Source: a virus (Duplodnaviria > Caudoviricetes). From it: DNA of 40,358 nucleotides. The translations under genes were made by a program, and so were the position numbers. This document shows, in pieces, positions 36,977-40,358 of this stretch. The stretch lies in the IMG/VR virus record IMGVR_UViG_3300020440_000032, positions 1-40,358 of that record; one strand, 5' to 3'. The notes under the pieces are model-generated. The model had not been told where the DNA came from. It searched no databases and saw only the letters and a program-made list of their open reading frames with translations. Positions within the stretch are counted from its first letter, which is position 1; every line of letters begins with the position of its first letter.

Positions 36977-37602
36977 AACTTCCTGATTTTGATGAATGGA
37001 TAGCAAACTACAAGCCCGAGCCTCTTGTATATAATGCAGCATTTGATCCACAAACAGGCAGTGTATTATCTGTAGGTCCAGCACATACGGTAAATGAAAA
37101 AGAATTTGACAGTATTATTAGTATTGAACCTGATATCGCCGAAAAAATTATAGAAGGCGAAATAAGCATGGCTAAATGTTTTATCGACCCAGATCAAGGC
37201 GAATTAGAAATTGTTGAAAGAAGAGATCTATATAAGATAGACGATGTGTTACACAGAATAATTGTAAAAGGATGGTCAAAAATTAAAAAGCCAGACATTT
37301 ACCTAGAACATAATTCTAATACTAATATGTTAACAGTAGAACTTAGTGAGGAATACGGTGGAACATACAAACAAGAAAAAGGTATTGAAGTAGTTAAAAG
37401 AAAAATGTTTTGGAACGGTGAAACAGAACTTGATTTTACAATAACAGATTATAATGATCCTAATATCGTTACTGATAATTTTAGTGTTAAAATTAATGAC
37501 CTAATTGGTAAAAAAGTTGAACTTAGTAAACTTAACATAAACAAATATTTTAGTGTGTATACAAGACGCTTATTTAAAAACTATATGATTGAGGAAAAAT
37601 GA
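36958..37602 (+). CDS. Hypothetical protein (acidic) within the glycosyltransferase cluster
   Basis: 214 aa with a GGAGG RBS. Overlaps both neighbours; no recognisable catalytic motif. Confidence 0.7.
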   Translation: MAEKQIELPDFDEWIANYKPEPLVYNAAFDPQTGSVLSVGPAHTVNEKEFDSIISIEPDIAEKIIEGEISMAKCFIDPDQGELEIVERRDLYKIDDVLHRIIVKGWSKIKKPDIYLEHNSNTNMLTVELSEEYGGTYKQEKGIEVVKRKMFWNGETELDFTITDYNDPNIVTDNFSVKINDLIGKKVELSKLNINKYFSVYTRRLFKNYMIEEK

Positions 37603-38507
37603 AACGAGTAATCGAATTTGATGTATTCTTTTTAAGTTATGATGAGCCTAATGCGGATCTTCATTACGCAGATTTATGTAATAAAGTTCCATGGGCAAAA
37701 CGAATACACGGCGTAAAAGGATCAGATCATGCACATAAGGCAGCAGCAGAACAGTCCGAAACCGATTGGGTGCTGACTGTAGATGCTGACAATATTGTGT
37801 ATCCAGAGTTTTTTGATATTGAAATAGACATGGATAACACAGAGATACAAGCATACAGTTGGTGCGGCAAGAACAATGTAAATGGATTGCGATACGGTAA
37901 TGGTGGTTTAAAACTTTGGAATGTTGAACATGTGAAAAATATGAAAACACATGAAAACAGTGAAAGTGAAAGAGCGCAAGTAGACTTTTGTTGGGAAACA
38001 GGATATAGAAACTTTCCTAAAACTTACAGTGATACTATAATAAACTTTAATCCGTTTATGGCATGGCGTGCAGGTTTTCGTGAAGGCGTTAAGATGACAT
38101 TACAAGACGGATTAAAAGTCCCCCCACAGGAAATTGAAAAACGTATATGGTGGCACAATATTCATAGATTAAGAATGTGGAGTACAGTTGGTAGTCACAT
38201 AGAAAATGGTCTTTTTGCTGTATATGGTGCAAGACTAGGAACATATCTAACAAATTGCACAGATTGGGATCATGTACAAGTTAGAGACTTTGAATTATTA
38301 CGAGAATTATATAACGAGCAATGCATAAAGTATGAAGATGGCTCGGGTCTAGAACAAGAAGTACAACGTTTAGGAAGTGAACTAAAACATCAACTTGGAT
38401 TTAACTATCCTGACTTGGATCCTTCAATGAGCAAGTATGTGTTAGATCTGTACGAAGAAACTATTGAGCTAGGTCAAACCTATTATAGGACTGCAAATGA
38501 TCTATGA
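37599..38507 (+). CDS. GT2-like (GT-A) glycosyltransferase-like protein
   Basis: 302 aa with FDVFFLSYDEPNAD, RIHGVKGSDHAHKAAA, WVLTVDADN (DxD), YGNGGLKLW and AWRAGFREGVKM. Confidence 0.72.
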   Translation: MKRVIEFDVFFLSYDEPNADLHYADLCNKVPWAKRIHGVKGSDHAHKAAAEQSETDWVLTVDADNIVYPEFFDIEIDMDNTEIQAYSWCGKNNVNGLRYGNGGLKLWNVEHVKNMKTHENSESERAQVDFCWETGYRNFPKTYSDTIINFNPFMAWRAGFREGVKMTLQDGLKVPPQEIEKRIWWHNIHRLRMWSTVGSHIENGLFAVYGARLGTYLTNCTDWDHVQVRDFELLRELYNEQCIKYEDGSGLEQEVQRLGSELKHQLGFNYPDLDPSMSKYVLDLYEETIELGQTYYRTANDL

Positions 38508-39525
38508 TTTATTTTATGTAAGTCAAGGTAAAGCCGAACACTGGCAAGAATTTAAGGCTAGATTTCCTAATGCACACTTAATAGAAAATATAAAGTCTCT
38601 AGATGAAATAAAACAAAAAACATTGACTAGAATGTTCTGGATAGTTTGGGACGATATGAAAGTTAGAGATGACTTTGATTTTGAATATCGTGCTACAGAA
38701 TGGGATCTAGATTATGTCCATGTATTTAAAAATGGTAATCACTTTAACGGTGTTACACTAATTCCTAAGAATGCTCCTGCATCTAACAAAGAATTTAAGT
38801 TTAGATTTTTTATAAACAAAAAGGAAATAGATATAGTAGCAAGCGATCCTAGGCGTATAGGAAGTAGTTTTGATATTGTTTTTATTTCTTACTATGAACC
38901 ACATGCAGATAAAAATTGGCAAAGACTTAAGAGTCGCTTTCCGAGAGCAAAAAGGATTTCAAATGTAAAAGGCATACATCAAGCACACATAGAAGCAGCC
39001 AAGATAGTAGAAAGCGAAATGTTCTGGGTAGTAGATGGCGATGCCCATATTGTTGATGAATTTAATTTTGATTATGAAGATCCAGAAATTTACACTGTGC
39101 ATGTATGGCGTAGTATTAATCCTGTTAATGATTTAGAGTATGGGTATGGCGGAGTAAAATTACTTCCAACTCAAATGACACTAGATATGGATCTGTCTAA
39201 GCCAGATATGACAACTAGTATAAGCAATAAATTTAAATCAGTAGATGAACTTTCTAACATTACAGCATTTAATACAGGACCTTTTGAAACTTGGAAAAGT
39301 GCATTTAGAGAATGTGCGAAATTAAGTAGTAAAGTAATTGACAGACAAAACGAAGATGAAACAAACCAAAGACTAAAAGTATGGACAACTCATGCAAAAG
39401 GAGAGTTTGCTGAGTATGCGATTCAAGGCGCTAATGATGGCATGGAGTTTGGTCTTTCTAAAGATAGTGATCTCAGTCTTATAAATGACTTTGAATGGTT
39501 GCAGGGCAAGTTTGATGCAAGATAA
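38497..39525 (+). CDS. GT2-like glycosyltransferase-like protein with a degenerate duplicated N-terminal domain
   Basis: 342 aa with FDIVFISYYEPHAD, VKGIHQAHIEAA, FWVVDGDA (DxD), YGYGGVKLLP and WKSAFRECAKL. Paralog of 37599-38507. Confidence 0.72.
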   Translation: MIYDLFYVSQGKAEHWQEFKARFPNAHLIENIKSLDEIKQKTLTRMFWIVWDDMKVRDDFDFEYRATEWDLDYVHVFKNGNHFNGVTLIPKNAPASNKEFKFRFFINKKEIDIVASDPRRIGSSFDIVFISYYEPHADKNWQRLKSRFPRAKRISNVKGIHQAHIEAAKIVESEMFWVVDGDAHIVDEFNFDYEDPEIYTVHVWRSINPVNDLEYGYGGVKLLPTQMTLDMDLSKPDMTTSISNKFKSVDELSNITAFNTGPFETWKSAFRECAKLSSKVIDRQNEDETNQRLKVWTTHAKGEFAEYAIQGANDGMEFGLSKDSDLSLINDFEWLQGKFDAR

Positions 39526-40358
39526 AGAAAGAATAGAAAAATTTATTCCTGTTATGGATGAGATATCGCCTACATTTTGTTTGGCTAAATGGCATCATAC
39601 TACTATCTATTTAGGAACGGGAGAAACACACAGTTGTTATCATCCTGCTCCTCACAAAATTCCGCTGGAGGGCCTTGAAGAGAATCCTAGCCTACTGCAT
39701 AATACACCTCAAAAAAAAGCCGAAAGGCAGGCTATGATAAACGGAGAGAAACCCAGCGGATGTCAATATTGTTGGAATGTTGAATGTATGGGTAAAGACT
39801 ATATAAGCGATCGTAAAGAACGTAATGCAAGTATATACACCCCTGAAAGGTTCAATGCAATTAAGCAAGAACCGATGGCAGATGTAAATCCACAATATGT
39901 AGAAGTTTCATTTGGTAATGAATGTAATTTTAAATGTGGATACTGTCACCCTAAACATTCCAGCAGTTATTACAAAGAAATAGAAAAAGAAGGTCCGTAC
40001 GCTATGGTTAAAAATCATAGGAATGACATAGACTGGTTTACAATACATAAAGATGAAGAAACAAATCCATATGTAAAAGCATGGTGGAAGTGGTGGCCAG
40101 AATTGCGTAAGACACTTACAATTTTACGTATTACAGGAGGTGAACCTTTGCTACAACAAAGCACCTGGCGAGTGTTCGATGAACTCGAAAAAAATCCTTG
40201 TCCTAATTTAGAATTAAACATTAATACTAATTTAGGTGTTAAGTCTATTCTTATTGAAAGGTTTACTGACAAAGTAAACAATTTAGTTGAAAAAGGCTGT
40301 ATCAAAGACTTTAAAATCTTTACTAGTATTGATACATGGGGACCACAAGCAGAGTATA
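39515..40358 (+). CDS. Radical SAM protein with an N-terminal twitch/SPASM-like Cys domain (partial, runs off the window; absent from the ORF track)
   Basis: Hand translation from ATG 39515: MQDKERIEKF...TFCLAKWHH...HSCYHP...GCQYCW..., then CNFKCGYC (39923-39946, CxxxCxxC), ITGGEP (GGEP at 40136-40147), NINTNLG and SIDTWG. No stop before the window end. Confidence 0.92.
   Translation, partial: MQDKERIEKFIPVMDEISPTFCLAKWHHTTIYLGTGETHSCYHPAPHKIPLEGLEENPSLLHNTPQKKAERQAMINGEKPSGCQYCWNVECMGKDYISDRKERNASIYTPERFNAIKQEPMADVNPQYVEVSFGNECNFKCGYCHPKHSSSYYKEIEKEGPYAMVKNHRNDIDWFTIHKDEETNPYVKAWWKWWPELRKTLTILRITGGEPLLQQSTWRVFDELEKNPCPNLELNINTNLGVKSILIERFTDKVNNLVEKGCIKDFKIFTSIDTWGPQAEY

Larger units (their letters stand above)
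1..40358 (+). mobile_element. Segment of a large T4-like myophage genome (baseplate, tail fibres, glycosyltransferase/radical SAM cluster)
   Basis: Co-oriented, densely packed genes in T4-like baseplate order (gp53, hub, gp5, gp25, gp6, giant wedge), followed by fibres. TAAATA/TATAAATA late-promoter cores are present and no host housekeeping genes are seen. Confidence 0.93.

Noticed and set aside
214-40305. Many short minus-strand ORFs (60-151 aa) and two short internal + strand ORFs in the track
   Set aside because: They overlap long, motif-bearing + strand genes and show no recognisable motifs, as expected for antisense or off-frame shadows of biased codon usage.
1-40358. tRNA, rRNA, CRISPR array or intrinsic terminators
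   Set aside because: Intergenic gaps are all under ~75 bp and AT-rich; no cloverleaf, regularly spaced direct repeats or GC stem with U-tract was seen.

Overview
This AT-rich window (roughly one-third GC by eye) comes from a large T4-like contractile-tailed phage. All credible genes lie on the + strand, and many are translationally coupled. Positions 74-23862 form a baseplate block: a tube-fold gp48/gp54-like protein, gp53, a gp27-like hub, a gp5-like spike without a lysozyme domain, gp25, gp6 and a 4646-aa giant wedge/adhesin protein. Positions 23870-34854 hold a fibre-attachment-like protein, four paralogous tail fibres with a shared N-terminus and different tips, a fibre chaperone and two paralogous virion proteins. 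From 34918 to the window end there is a coupled cluster of four glycosyltransferase-like genes, two unknown genes and a truncated twitch/SPASM radical SAM gene that is missing from the ORF track. T4-type late-promoter cores (TAAATA/TATAAATA) mark several gene boundaries. The most unusual signals are (1) a ~61% GC patch inside a tail fibre gene with three tandem hairpins, each carrying a C-GCA-G triloop; (2) the glycosyltransferase/radical SAM cluster next to the virion genes, a candidate virion-modification system; and (3) a TGCTAYTATAA motif shared by three intergenic regions. All protein assignments come from motif recognition and synteny; no database search was run.
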